Assembly (NCBI GenBank): GCA_017559185.1
Contig: JAFYSU010000034.1
Span: 90-64,089, forward strand
DNA from: Oscillospiraceae bacterium
GTDB taxonomy: Bacteria > Bacillota > Clostridia > Oscillospirales > Ruminococcaceae
DNA length: 64,000 nucleotides
Reading direction: 5' to 3'
Both the position numbers and the translations under genes were made by a program. Each line of letters begins with the position of its first letter. Within the stretch, counting starts at the first letter, position 1. Shown here in pieces: positions 9,394 to 19,013 of the stretch. Under the pieces are notes generated by a model. The model saw nothing but the letters and a program-made list of their open reading frames with translations. It had not been told where the DNA came from and did no database searches.

Positions 9394-10299
9394 ATGTCTA
9401 CTCAATCGGCACCCCATAAAAAAAGAAAAACAGACCTGTTCCCTTATCTTATGTGTCTGCCCGCTTTAATATTATTTGTACTTTTTGTTCTTGCCCCCTT
9501 TTTTACAGGACTTTACACCAGTTTTTTCCGTTGGGACGGATTTGACACCATGAAGTGGGTTGGTTTGGACAATTACAAATTTTCCCTTAGCGACGACATC
9601 TTTTGGCTTTCGCTGAAGAACACCCTTGTTTTTGCAATATGCGTAACCATTGTTAAAAACATAGTGGCTCTTGCTTTAGCTTTTGTTCTTTCCAAAAGCT
9701 TTATCGGAAGAACCGTATTTCGTACAGGCATTTACCTTCCTGTTACACTTTCGTACATAGTAATAGGCATATTGTGGGTTTGGATATTCAACCCTACCTT
9801 TGGTCTGCTAAATGAGCTTTTACGATTAGCCGGATTGGAAAATCTCATTCTTGGTTGGCTTAGCGACCCTGATATTGCACTTTATACGGTAGTGGCTGTA
9901 GACTCTTGGAAATGGATAGGCTACCACATGGTGCTGTATCTGGCAGGACTTCAGGCAATACCGCAAAGTCTTTATGAAGCTGCCGACATTGACGGTGCAG
10001 GCCCACTGACAAAGCTTTTCCGTGTTACAATTCCACAGCTTAACAGTACCATCGTGGTAAATGTGGTAATGAGCATGACAGGTGCATTTGTTGCAAACTA
10101 TGACATAGTTTACATTATGACCGACGGTGGCCCATTCCACAGCACCGAAGTAGCTTTGACACACATTATGACTACCGCTTACAAATATTCTGCCTTGGGC
10201 AAGGCAAACGCCATGAGCATAATATTGTTTGCTATCGTACTTATATTTGGATTTGCACAGCTTAAAATGATGGCTCGCGACGACAATTACAACAACTAA
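9394..10299 (+). CDS. Carbohydrate-type ABC transporter permease (MalF/UgpA-like)
   Basis: Six-TM permease with EAA loop YEAADIDGAGPLTKLFRVTIPQL. GGAGG 8 nt upstream of the start. Confidence 0.85.
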   Translation: MSTQSAPHKKRKTDLFPYLMCLPALILFVLFVLAPFFTGLYTSFFRWDGFDTMKWVGLDNYKFSLSDDIFWLSLKNTLVFAICVTIVKNIVALALAFVLSKSFIGRTVFRTGIYLPVTLSYIVIGILWVWIFNPTFGLLNELLRLAGLENLILGWLSDPDIALYTVVAVDSWKWIGYHMVLYLAGLQAIPQSLYEAADIDGAGPLTKLFRVTIPQLNSTIVVNVVMSMTGAFVANYDIVYIMTDGGPFHSTEVALTHIMTTAYKYSALGKANAMSIILFAIVLIFGFAQLKMMARDDNYNN

Positions 10300-10317
10300 G
10301 GAAAGGAGCTGTGCCCA

Positions 10318-11166
10318 ATGAAAAAAAGTTTGACCATGAAACAGCGGCGCATCCTTTCCGCAGTGTTTTGGGGCATTATTTTAACTGTAATGTTTCTGAT
10401 TTGCGTGTATCCTATTATTTGGATGTTCCTTGGTTCACTTAAAACCTCGGGTGAATTTTACACAAACATTTGGGGATTGCCCGATACAGCACAGTTTGTA
10501 AACTACCTCAATGCTTGGAATGAAGGTCAGTTAGGGCAAAAGTTTATTAACAGCCTCATCGTTACAGGCGGCTCGCTGCTCATACTCATTCCTGTAAACT
10601 GCTGTGCAGCGTATGCCATAGCGCGTCTGCGTTTTCGCCATCGTACAGCCATCTACTTCCTGCTCTTGCTTGGTATTATGATACCATCGGGTGTTCTTGG
10701 CATTCCCACATTCACTGTAGCCATGAAACTTGGACTTCTTAACTCGCATTTTGGACTTATGCTTATTTATGCCGCACAAAGCATTTCAATGGGTATATTC
10801 ATAATGCGTTCCTTTTTCATATCACTGCCCAAAGAGCTTGAAGAGGCTGCCATGATAGACGGCTGCTCACGCTTTGGCGGATTTGTTCGGGTAATACTCC
10901 CTCTTACAAAACCGGGAATAATGACACAAGTTATCTTTAACGGTCTTACTATTTGGAATGAGTATTTTATGGCTAACATCATACTTACCAAACCCGAGCT
11001 TAAAACTCTGCCGCTTGCCTTGGCTAATTTCACCGGAAAACATTCCACCGACTATCCAACCCTTTTCGCTGCACTTGCAATAGCAACCATACCGGTAGTA
11101 GTAACCTTTATTTTAGCGCAAAAAAGCTTTATTCAAGGTATATCTGCCGGTTCTGTAAAAGGTTAA
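10318..11166 (+). CDS. Carbohydrate-type ABC transporter permease (MalG/UgpE-like)
   Basis: EAA loop LEEAAMIDGCSRFGGFVRVILPL. AAAGGAG upstream of the start. Confidence 0.85.
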   Translation: MKKSLTMKQRRILSAVFWGIILTVMFLICVYPIIWMFLGSLKTSGEFYTNIWGLPDTAQFVNYLNAWNEGQLGQKFINSLIVTGGSLLILIPVNCCAAYAIARLRFRHRTAIYFLLLLGIMIPSGVLGIPTFTVAMKLGLLNSHFGLMLIYAAQSISMGIFIMRSFFISLPKELEEAAMIDGCSRFGGFVRVILPLTKPGIMTQVIFNGLTIWNEYFMANIILTKPELKTLPLALANFTGKHSTDYPTLFAALAIATIPVVVTFILAQKSFIQGISAGSVKG

Positions 11167-11192
11167 CTTCACCGAAAGGAGCACCCCTTGTA

Positions 11193-12116
11193 ATGAACGA
11201 TAAATATTTGTTTACTGTTCCCGAAAACAAAAAAATCAAATTAATAATCGACAGTGATACCTGCAACGAAGCTGATGACCAATTCGCCATATTGTATGCA
11301 TTAATGTCACCCAAGTTCAATATACGCGGTATAATAGCAACTCATTTCGGTCACGACCGCATACAAGACTCTCTTACTGCAAGCTGGGGAGAGCTTATGC
11401 GCGTTTTAAAATACAGCAATTGGGTTGGCAAAGTAACTGCCGTACAGGGAAGCCCCACCATGCTCAAAAAAGGCAGCGGATACTTTGGTGCAGTTCAGCC
11501 GTTTGACAACGACGGTGTGCGCCTTATTATAGACGAAGCCCTTGCCTGCAAGCCCGGAGAACGCCTTTACATTGGTGTAATGGGGCCTCTTACAAATGTA
11601 GCAAGTGCACTTTTGCTTGAACCCGCAATAGAAGACAGAATTACAATAGTATGGAACGGCGGTGGACTTTACCCTAATGGTGGCCCTGAATTTAATCTGG
11701 TCAACGATATCGTTGCTGCCAATATTGTAATGTCTTCAAAAGCCGAAGTTTGGCAGATACCAACCAAGGTTTATGCACATCCCCGCATAAGCCTTGCCGA
11801 AATGCAGCTTAAGGTTTATCCTTGCGGTGAAATAGGCAAATACCTTTTCAATAAAGTTGTGGACTTCATGCAGGAAATGAAAGATTACAAAGAATGGCCG
11901 CCTGCCGAGTCACTTGATATTTGCGACCTTACCGTTGTGGGTGTTCTTCTTGAGGAACACCGTTACTGCTACACATATCATCAGGCTCCGTTTATTGGTG
12001 ATGATATGTACTATCGTGTTGAACCTTCCAACCGCCCAATTCGCGTTTACAATGAACTGGACGGCCGTTATATTGTTGAAGACTTCTTTGCAAAACTGGC
12101 AATAAACTACCGCTGA
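11193..12116 (+). CDS. Nucleoside hydrolase (inosine/uridine-preferring family)
   Basis: N-terminal aspartate cluster DSDTCNEADDQFA (DXDXXXDD type). About 300 aa, typical of the IUNH fold. Confidence 0.75.
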   Translation: MNDKYLFTVPENKKIKLIIDSDTCNEADDQFAILYALMSPKFNIRGIIATHFGHDRIQDSLTASWGELMRVLKYSNWVGKVTAVQGSPTMLKKGSGYFGAVQPFDNDGVRLIIDEALACKPGERLYIGVMGPLTNVASALLLEPAIEDRITIVWNGGGLYPNGGPEFNLVNDIVAANIVMSSKAEVWQIPTKVYAHPRISLAEMQLKVYPCGEIGKYLFNKVVDFMQEMKDYKEWPPAESLDICDLTVVGVLLEEHRYCYTYHQAPFIGDDMYYRVEPSNRPIRVYNELDGRYIVEDFFAKLAINYR

Positions 12117-12134
12117 CAAGGAGGATATAGTAAA

Positions 12135-12623
12135 ATGAAAACCATCTGTGCAAAACCGCTTACCCTTGAAAGCTTTAACCAATACGGAAACTTTACAAAT
12201 CTTACCGATTGCAGCAGCACAAAAATTGGCGAAAATCCAATAGAATTTTTCCGTGATATTGTAAGCTGTAACCTGTGCAATATATGTCCTTCTTTTTCCG
12301 TAGTTAAAACATGGAAGCGCGATATGGTTATAGACGAAGCCGAGCAGCATTTTTACACCGCTGAGGCACTTTTGCCGCTTGACGGTGATGTGGTAATATT
12401 TGTTGCCCCATCTACCGACCGTACCGTTCCTTTTGACGAAATTGAAGCTTTTATAGTTCCCAAAAACACCCTTGTTACTGTAAAGTCGGGTGTTTGGCAC
12501 AAAGCACCTTTCCCAGTTAATGACGAAATTGTGCATAGTCTGGTTATTCTTCCGGAACGCACCTACGCAAACGACTGCCTTGTAGTAAACTTCCCTGAAG
12601 ACCAAAAAATACTTATAAAATAA
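12135..12623 (+). CDS. Ureidoglycolate lyase (AllA)-like cupin protein
   Basis: 162 aa. Aligns by eye with E. coli AllA blocks (LTLESFNQYG; EQHFYTAEALLPLDGDVVIFVAP; GVWHKAPF). Last gene of the transporter operon. Confidence 0.55.
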   Translation: MKTICAKPLTLESFNQYGNFTNLTDCSSTKIGENPIEFFRDIVSCNLCNICPSFSVVKTWKRDMVIDEAEQHFYTAEALLPLDGDVVIFVAPSTDRTVPFDEIEAFIVPKNTLVTVKSGVWHKAPFPVNDEIVHSLVILPERTYANDCLVVNFPEDQKILIK

Positions 12624-12663
12624 AAAATCGAGTGGGTACAATCCCACTCGATTTTATTTTTTT
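12622..12663. terminator. Bidirectional terminator (cupin gene / livF convergent)
   Basis: Stem atcgagtggg / cccactcgat, flanked by A- and T-runs. Confidence 0.8.
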
Positions 12664-13366
12664 AAGCACCCAGATAAGCCTTACGCACTTTATCGTCATT
12701 CATAAGTTCTTTTGCATCGCCTTCCATAGACACACGGCCTGTTTCAAGCACATATGCACGGTTAGCAATGGACAGTGCCATTTTTGCGTTCTGTTCAACC
12801 AGCAAAATGGTCATACCGTCCTTATTAACTTCCTGAATAATTTTAAATATTTCTTTTACCAACAGCGGGGAAAGACCCATTGAAGGCTCATCCATAAGCA
12901 AAAGTCTTGGTTTTCCCATAAGAGCTCTGCCAATAGCAAGCATCTGCTGTTCACCGCCGCTCAAAGTACCTGCATACTGAAGTCTTCTTTCCTTCAGACG
13001 AGGAAATCTGCGATAGATATCCTGAATATCTTCTTCAATAGCTTCCTTATCATTGCGAATAAATGCACCCATCTGCAAGTTTTCTTCTACAGTAAGCTGT
13101 GCAAAAATGCGTCTGCCTTCGGGAACATGTGCCATTCCCAAGCCAAGAATTTTGTGGCAGTCGGTGGTAAGCAGATTTTTGCCTTCAAACAAAACCTCAC
13201 CGCTGGTTGCTTTTTTCATACCGCTTATTGTATGGAGGGTTGTAGTTTTTCCGGCACCGTTAGCACCGATGAGCGAAACAATTTCACCCTGTTTAACTTC
13301 CAAGCTAACATCATGAATTGCATGAATTGCACCGTAGGATACATTCAAATTGTTTACTTTAAGCAT
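12662..13366 (-). CDS. livF: Branched-chain amino acid ABC transporter ATP-binding protein
   Basis: Walker A GANGAGKTT, LSGGEQQMLAIGRAL, LLLMDEPS. Start re-set to ATG 13366 after AGGAGGGGAAAG. Confidence 0.9.
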   Translation of the reverse strand: MLKVNNLNVSYGAIHAIHDVSLEVKQGEIVSLIGANGAGKTTTLHTISGMKKATSGEVLFEGKNLLTTDCHKILGLGMAHVPEGRRIFAQLTVEENLQMGAFIRNDKEAIEEDIQDIYRRFPRLKERRLQYAGTLSGGEQQMLAIGRALMGKPRLLLMDEPSMGLSPLLVKEIFKIIQEVNKDGMTILLVEQNAKMALSIANRAYVLETGRVSMEGDAKELMNDDKVRKAYLGA

Positions 13367-13379
13367 TTGCTTTCCCCTC

Positions 13380-14150
13380 CTATTCCCCAAGATATGCGCC
13401 GATAACACGCTTGTTCTGAGCAATTTCAGCAGGCAGACCTGTTGCAATTACCTGACCGTAGTCAATAACTACAAGTCGTTCGCAAATACCCATTACCAAG
13501 CTCATATCATGCTCGATGAGCAAAATGGAAAGTTTATACTTGTTACGGATAAGAGCAATAGCTTCCATAAGCTCGGCAGTTTCGGTAGGGTTCATACCTG
13601 CTGCTGGTTCGTCAAGCAGCAGAATTTTAGGGTTTGTAGCCAAAGCTCGTGCAATTTCAAGCTTACGCTGCTGACCGTAAGGAAGATTTGCAGCAATATT
13701 ATCTGCCAGACCTTCCATACCAAACAACGCAAGCAGCTCGCGGCTTTTGCGGTCGATTTCGGCTTCTTCCTTCCAATAACGAGGAAGTCTGAGTACACCT
13801 TCAAGTGTAGTGTATTTCATGCTGCCGTTAAACGCTGCTTTAACGTTATCCAAAACGGTAAGTTCTTTGAAAAGACGGATATTCTGGAATGTTCTTGCTA
13901 CACCCTGACGCACCATGTCATGCGGTTTTTTTGCGTGAATTTCTTTATCATTCAAGAATATTTTACCGCTTGTAGGCTGATAAACACCTGTAAGCAGGTT
14001 GAATACTGTGGTTTTACCTGCACCGTTAGGTCCAATGAGTCCCATCAATTCGCCTTCACGAATATCAATATTCAAATTTTGTACTGCTTTAAGACCACCG
14101 AAGGTAATACCCAAATTTTCGGTACGAAGTACAGATTTTGCTTCACTCAT
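13380..14150 (-). CDS. livG: Branched-chain amino acid ABC transporter ATP-binding protein
   Basis: GPNGAGKTT, LPYGQQRKLEIARAL, LLLDEPAAG. ATGA overlap with the livM stop. Confidence 0.9.
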   Translation of the reverse strand: MSEAKSVLRTENLGITFGGLKAVQNLNIDIREGELMGLIGPNGAGKTTVFNLLTGVYQPTSGKIFLNDKEIHAKKPHDMVRQGVARTFQNIRLFKELTVLDNVKAAFNGSMKYTTLEGVLRLPRYWKEEAEIDRKSRELLALFGMEGLADNIAANLPYGQQRKLEIARALATNPKILLLDEPAAGMNPTETAELMEAIALIRNKYKLSILLIEHDMSLVMGICERLVVIDYGQVIATGLPAEIAQNKRVIGAYLGE

Positions 14151-15178
14151 GCTGCCGAACCTCCTTTGGTGCCTTTCGGTTGATTTCCGGCTTTACCCTT
14201 TTTGAAAATATTGCTCAGTGCACGGCTGAGAGAAAATTCATATTTACCAAACAAACCGGATGGTTTGAAGAGCATAACAATGATAAGTGCAACGGAATAG
14301 ATGAGCATACGGTATTCTGCAAAGCCACGAAGTGCTTCAGGCAGTACAGTAAGACCGATTGCCGCAATTATAGAACCTGTAAGTGAGCCCATACCGCCCA
14401 ATACTACGATAACCAGAATATCGATAGATTTGTTGAAGTCGAATGTTTTTGCACCCAAAATACCAACATAGTGTGCATACAAACCGCCTGCAACACCTGC
14501 AAAGAACGCCGACACAACAAACGCCATAACTTTGTAGTATGTGTTGTTGATGCCAACTGCTTCGGACGCAATGTCGTCCTCACGAATAGCTGTGATAACG
14601 CGTCCCTGACGGGAACGAACGAATGTGAACAGGATAACTACAACTGCAATTGTAACCCAAAATACAACCGGAAGCTTTGCAATTTTAGGAATGGATTTAA
14701 GACCCTGAGCACCGCCTGTAAAAGGCACATACTCAATAAGAACACGGATTATTTCACCAAAGCCAAGCGTGATTATTGCAAGATAGTCACCCTTCAAACG
14801 CAGTGCAGGAATACCTACAAGCATGCCAAACGCAGCCGCTACAAGTCCGCCAAGAGCCAATGCAACAAGCAGATAAACCCATGCATTTGGTGTTTTGGTT
14901 GTAATTTCCATGTGTTTTGTAAATAATGCGGCAGTGTAAGCACCTACCGACATAAAGCCTGCATGGCCCAATGCAATCTCGCCCAAAAAGCCTGTTGCAA
15001 TGTTCAAGGAAACCGCAAGTATAATATTGATGCACACTGTAATAATAATACCCTGTGCATAGCGTGTTATGAATTTGCCGTCAACCCCTGCCATCATTAC
15101 CGCATACAGCAGCGCAATACACAAGGTGTTGAGGATATATGATTTTACAGGTATCTTTGTATTTGTCATATCGCTCAC
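14147..15178 (-). CDS. livM: Branched-chain amino acid ABC transporter permease
   Basis: Polytopic LivM-type permease located between livH and livG. Start is either GTG 15178 or ATG 15169. Confidence 0.85.
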   Translation of the reverse strand: MSDMTNTKIPVKSYILNTLCIALLYAVMMAGVDGKFITRYAQGIIITVCINIILAVSLNIATGFLGEIALGHAGFMSVGAYTAALFTKHMEITTKTPNAWVYLLVALALGGLVAAAFGMLVGIPALRLKGDYLAIITLGFGEIIRVLIEYVPFTGGAQGLKSIPKIAKLPVVFWVTIAVVVILFTFVRSRQGRVITAIREDDIASEAVGINNTYYKVMAFVVSAFFAGVAGGLYAHYVGILGAKTFDFNKSIDILVIVVLGGMGSLTGSIIAAIGLTVLPEALRGFAEYRMLIYSVALIIVMLFKPSGLFGKYEFSLSRALSNIFKKGKAGNQPKGTKGGSAA

Positions 15179-16075
15179 CTACACTTTCTCGCCTACATTT
15201 TTGCCAAGAACACCGGTAGGCTTAACCAGCAGAACGACGATCAAAATACCGTAAACAACCGCATCTGCCAACTGCGAAGAAATATATGCTTTTGTAAAGC
15301 TTTCAACTATACCAATAACAAATCCGCCAAGCATAGCACCCGGAATAATACCGATACCACCAAGAACTGCTGCAACAAAAGCTTTAAGCCCAAGCAGTGA
15401 ACCCATGTATGGGTTTACCAGTGGATAAGCCGCACAGTACATAACAGCCGCAATTGCAGCCAAAGCACAACCAATTGCAAATGTCAGCGATATTGTAGTG
15501 TTTACATTAATACCCATGAGCTGCGCTGCTGCCATATCTTCGGATACAGCACGCATAGCTTTACCCATGCGGGTTTTCTTAACGAACATCTGCAGGCATA
15601 TCATACATGCAACCGAAAGAACAATTGTAACCAGTGTAGACATGGAAAGCTGAATGCCACTGCCGCCCATCTGCTCAGTGGAAAATACTGCTGGATAAGG
15701 CTTGGATGCAGAGCCGAACATTACCATGAACAGGTTCTGCAGCAAAAGGCTTACCGCAATCGCTGTAATAAGAGCAGTAAGACGAGGTGAATTTCTTAAA
15801 GGTTTGTATGCTACTCGTTCGGTAACTACACCCATAACTGCACACAAAAGTGCTGCAACTATCATGCACACCCAAACAGGAAGCCCTGCGGAAATCATTA
15901 CAGGAATAGCCATCATGGATATGTACGCACCAACCATAATGAAATCCCCGTGTGCAAAGTTTATCAATTTAATAATACCGTAAACCATGGTATAGCCCAA
16001 TGCAACCAGCGCATAAATACTGCCTACCTGCAAACCATTAAAAAGGTGCTTTACCAGTACAACAATACTATCCAT
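15179..16075 (-). CDS. livH: Branched-chain amino acid ABC transporter permease
   Basis: LivH-type permease (LVALGYTMVYGIIKLINFAHGD). Start re-set to ATG 16075 after GGAGGG. Confidence 0.85.
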   Translation of the reverse strand: MDSIVVLVKHLFNGLQVGSIYALVALGYTMVYGIIKLINFAHGDFIMVGAYISMMAIPVMISAGLPVWVCMIVAALLCAVMGVVTERVAYKPLRNSPRLTALITAIAVSLLLQNLFMVMFGSASKPYPAVFSTEQMGGSGIQLSMSTLVTIVLSVACMICLQMFVKKTRMGKAMRAVSEDMAAAQLMGINVNTTISLTFAIGCALAAIAAVMYCAAYPLVNPYMGSLLGLKAFVAAVLGGIGIIPGAMLGGFVIGIVESFTKAYISSQLADAVVYGILIVVLLVKPTGVLGKNVGEKV

Positions 16076-16209
16076 AGTAACCCTCCGTTTCAACTGCGCT
16101 GTAAAAGCGCCGTACCGCCAAACCCCTGTTAGGCGGTTTATTTAATAAAGCGGTTTCCCGCTTAATTTTCTTGATTAATGAAATGTAGTCTAAAGTCGTT
16201 ATTCATTGC

Positions 16210-16277
16210 AAAAGCCCATACAAGGGCTGTTTTCTTTCTTTCATGCGTAGGGGGCAGAGCTTTTGGCCCTGCCCCTC
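16210..16277 (-). terminator. Two hairpins between livJ and livH (candidate partial terminator)
   Basis: Minus strand GGGGCAG..CTGCCCC, then AGCCC-ttgtat-GGGCT-TTT. Confidence 0.4.
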
Positions 16278-16351
16278 GCTTTGTCTTTAAAATGAATCCT
16301 TACTGCCGGACCATTTGCCGACAGAGGCAAAATTCGTGGAAAGCTATTATA

Positions 16352-17521
16352 TTATGCCATTACTTTTGTTTCCAGAGCTTCTTTACCGTCTACCAAAGTA
16401 ATGATGGAAGTGCTCTTAATTGGGTTGCCGATTTCATCGAAAGTAATATCGCCGGTGATGCCGGAGTAGTTTGTTTCGTTAAGTGCAGCAACGATAGCAT
16501 CAGCATCGGTAGAACCAGCAGCACCGATAGCATTGCACATGATGTATGCAGCATCGTAGCCCAGTGCAGCAAAGGAGTTAGCTTCTTCGCCGTATTTTTC
16601 TTTGTAATCAGCAAGGAATTTCTGGAGTCTTTCGTTTTCAACATCTTCTTTGAAGATATGGCAAGCATAGTAGCTGCCGTTAACTACATCCAGTTTGCTT
16701 TCGTCCAGAACAGTCAGAACGCCGTCCCAGCCGTCGCCGCCAAGCAGAGCGCCGGTGTAACCAACTTCTCTTGCCTGAGCTGCAATCAGAGCAACTTTTT
16801 CGTAGTAGTCAGGAATCATGATAGCATCTGGATTGCTGTCAGCAATATTTGTCAGCTGAGTTTTGAAGTCTGTATCGGAAGCACCGTAACCTTCGTAAGC
16901 TACAACTGTCATGCCTTTTTCTTCAGCATCTTTTTTGAAGGTTTCTGCAATACCCTGAGAATAGTCGTCAGAAGTATTGTACAGAACTGCTACGCTTTTA
17001 GCTTCAAGTTTTTCTGCTGCAAATGTAGCCATGATTGTACCCTGACCTGGGTCGGTAAAGCAAGCACGGAATACATTGTCACCAATTGGTGTAATGTCTG
17101 CCATTGTACCGGTTGGAGTAATCATTGGAATGTTGTCCTCAACAGCAACTTCTGCTACTGCAGCACATGGTTTGGAGGTAACATCACCAATCAAAGCAAC
17201 CATACCTTCGTCAACCAATTTGTTGTATGCGTTTACAGCTTCGGTTGGGTCGCCTTTTTCGTCCAGAATGTTAATAACAACCTGTTTGCCCATAACACCG
17301 CCTGCTGCATTGATTTCATCAATAGCAAGCTTAACACCGTTTGCGGTAGCAATACCATATACAGATACAGCACCGGTCAAAGGAGCCAGACCGCCCAGTA
17401 CGATGGTTTCGCTTTCAGCAGCTTCTGGAGCAGCTTCAGCAGGAGCTTCGGATTTAGAACCACATGCTGCTGTGGAAAGACACATCATTGATGCAAGCAG
17501 CATTGCCAATATCTTTTTCAT
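16352..17521 (-). CDS. livJ: Branched-chain amino acid ABC transporter substrate-binding lipoprotein (LivJ/BraC-like)
   Basis: Lipoprotein signal MKKILAMLLASMMCLSTAAC. Type-1 periplasmic binding fold. Start re-set to ATG 17521, since GGAGG lies inside the longer ORF. Confidence 0.85.
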   Translation of the reverse strand: MKKILAMLLASMMCLSTAACGSKSEAPAEAAPEAAESETIVLGGLAPLTGAVSVYGIATANGVKLAIDEINAAGGVMGKQVVINILDEKGDPTEAVNAYNKLVDEGMVALIGDVTSKPCAAVAEVAVEDNIPMITPTGTMADITPIGDNVFRACFTDPGQGTIMATFAAEKLEAKSVAVLYNTSDDYSQGIAETFKKDAEEKGMTVVAYEGYGASDTDFKTQLTNIADSNPDAIMIPDYYEKVALIAAQAREVGYTGALLGGDGWDGVLTVLDESKLDVVNGSYYACHIFKEDVENERLQKFLADYKEKYGEEANSFAALGYDAAYIMCNAIGAAGSTDADAIVAALNETNYSGITGDITFDEIGNPIKSTSIITLVDGKEALETKVMA

Positions 17522-17618
17522 ATTCTTTTCCTCCATTCGTTCTGCAAGCTTTTGTCCTTTGTAACAAAAATTTTATTGAGGACATGAATTTTTTTAGCTT
17601 GTCAGTATCTTATCAGCT

Positions 17619-17647
17619 ATTATAATTGCTCTGCCGAAAAATTACAA
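17619..17647 (-). promoter_or_regulatory. Candidate sigma-A promoter of livJ
   Basis: Minus strand TTGTAA, 17 nt, TATAAT, about 95 nt upstream of the livJ start. Confidence 0.5.
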
Positions 17648-17718
17648 TAGTTTTTTTACACAATCATTTCATCAAAACCCACCTTGCGTTTAATATAATT
17701 CACAAAAAGCCTAATCAA

Positions 17719-17735
17719 ATGAAATAAAATTTCAT
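17719..17735. promoter_or_regulatory. Perfect 17-bp palindrome ATGAAAT-AAA-ATTTCAT (candidate operator)
   Basis: Read directly from the sequence. Lies in the divergent livJ / arcC intergenic region. Loosely resembles an ARG box. Confidence 0.3.
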
Positions 17736-18012
17736 TTTTATGTCGTTTTCTTGAATTTCGCCAAGCATTATTCACGCTTTAACGCACTGTATTCCGCAAA
17801 ACTTTATTTCAGCGAAAGGTTATTTTTCAAAATTTTTAACGCTTGAACACCCATAAACATGAACCTTTTTTAATACCTTTTTATTTACATATAAAAGTTT
17901 CCTTATTGATTTTTGTGTTATAACAAGGCATTTACGGAACAATAATTTTGTGAGTCTTTTTCCTTAAAAGACTTTAACAATGCCAAAACAAAGGCGGATT
18001 GGAGTTTTTAAA

Positions 18013-18951
18013 ATGTCACGCATAGTAATAGCTTTGGGCGGCAACGCTCTTGGGAACACACCAACAGAACAACAGCAGATGGTAAAACAAGCTGTACCGT
18101 CACTTGTTCAGCTCATAAAAGACGGACATCAAATAATAGTCAGCCACGGCAACGGCCCTCAGGTTGGTATGATAGACCTGGCGTTTGACACAGCATGCAG
18201 AACTAACGAAAAAATTCCTCCCATGCCTCTGCCAGAATGTGCAGCAATGAGTCAGGGCTACATTGGCTATCATCTTCAAAAAGAACTTTCGGAAGAACTG
18301 CATCGCGAAGGAATTAAACTTCATACTGCCAGTGTTATCACTCAATCCGTTGTAGATGCCAATGACCCAGCCTTTTCTTCCCCCACAAAACCTATTGGCA
18401 GCTTTTACACCAAAGAGCAGGCAGAAGCTCTTATGGCAAAAGACCCCGATTTAAAATTTGTCGAGGATGCCGGCCGCGGCTGGCGCCGTGTAGTACCATC
18501 ACCAAAGCCTATTGATATAGTTGAAAAAGGTGCAATATTGTCCATGGCAGAAAAAAACATCGTTGTTATAGCCTGTGGCGGTGGCGGTATTCCCGTAGTA
18601 AAGGAAGCCGACGGCAGCCTTAAAGGTGTTGCCGCAGTTATCGACAAGGACTTTGCAAGTGCACGGCTTGCCGAATTGGTTGGAGCCGATGTACTGTTCA
18701 TTTTAACAGCAGTGGACAGAGTAGCCGTTAACTTTGGAAAACCTGACCAAAAATTCCTTGAAAGCATAACAGCTTCCGAAGCGCGCAAACTTTGTGCACA
18801 GGGACATTTTGCACCCGGAAGCATGCTGCCTAAGGTAGAAGCTGCCATTGAATTCGCACAGTTCCGTCCGGGCAACAAAGCTATAATTGCCTCGCTTGAA
18901 AAGGCTGCCCTTGCCGTACGCGGTGAAAGCGGAACAGCAATAACCGTTTAA
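18013..18951 (+). CDS. arcC: Carbamate kinase
   Basis: Near-colinear by eye with enterococcal carbamate kinase: IVIALGGNAL, IVSHGNGPQVG, GRGWRRVVPSPKP, ACGGGGIPV, AVIDKDFAS, GHFAPGSMLPKVEAA. Confidence 0.9.
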   Translation: MSRIVIALGGNALGNTPTEQQQMVKQAVPSLVQLIKDGHQIIVSHGNGPQVGMIDLAFDTACRTNEKIPPMPLPECAAMSQGYIGYHLQKELSEELHREGIKLHTASVITQSVVDANDPAFSSPTKPIGSFYTKEQAEALMAKDPDLKFVEDAGRGWRRVVPSPKPIDIVEKGAILSMAEKNIVVIACGGGGIPVVKEADGSLKGVAAVIDKDFASARLAELVGADVLFILTAVDRVAVNFGKPDQKFLESITASEARKLCAQGHFAPGSMLPKVEAAIEFAQFRPGNKAIIASLEKAALAVRGESGTAITV

Positions 18952-18957
18952 CCTCAG

Positions 18958-19003
18958 CAAAAACCAAGTCTTTTTCACACAAGGAAAAGACTTGGTTTTT
19001 TTA
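18958..19003. terminator. Bidirectional terminator (arcC / ytvI-like convergent)
   Basis: 13-bp stem aaccaagtctttt / aaaagacttggtt followed by a T-run. Confidence 0.85.
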
Positions 19004-19013
19004 TTTATCAGTA

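Noticed and set aside
16178-17491. 437-aa plus-strand ORF
   Set aside because: Codon-aligned antisense to livJ. It has no SD and its composition is not protein-like.
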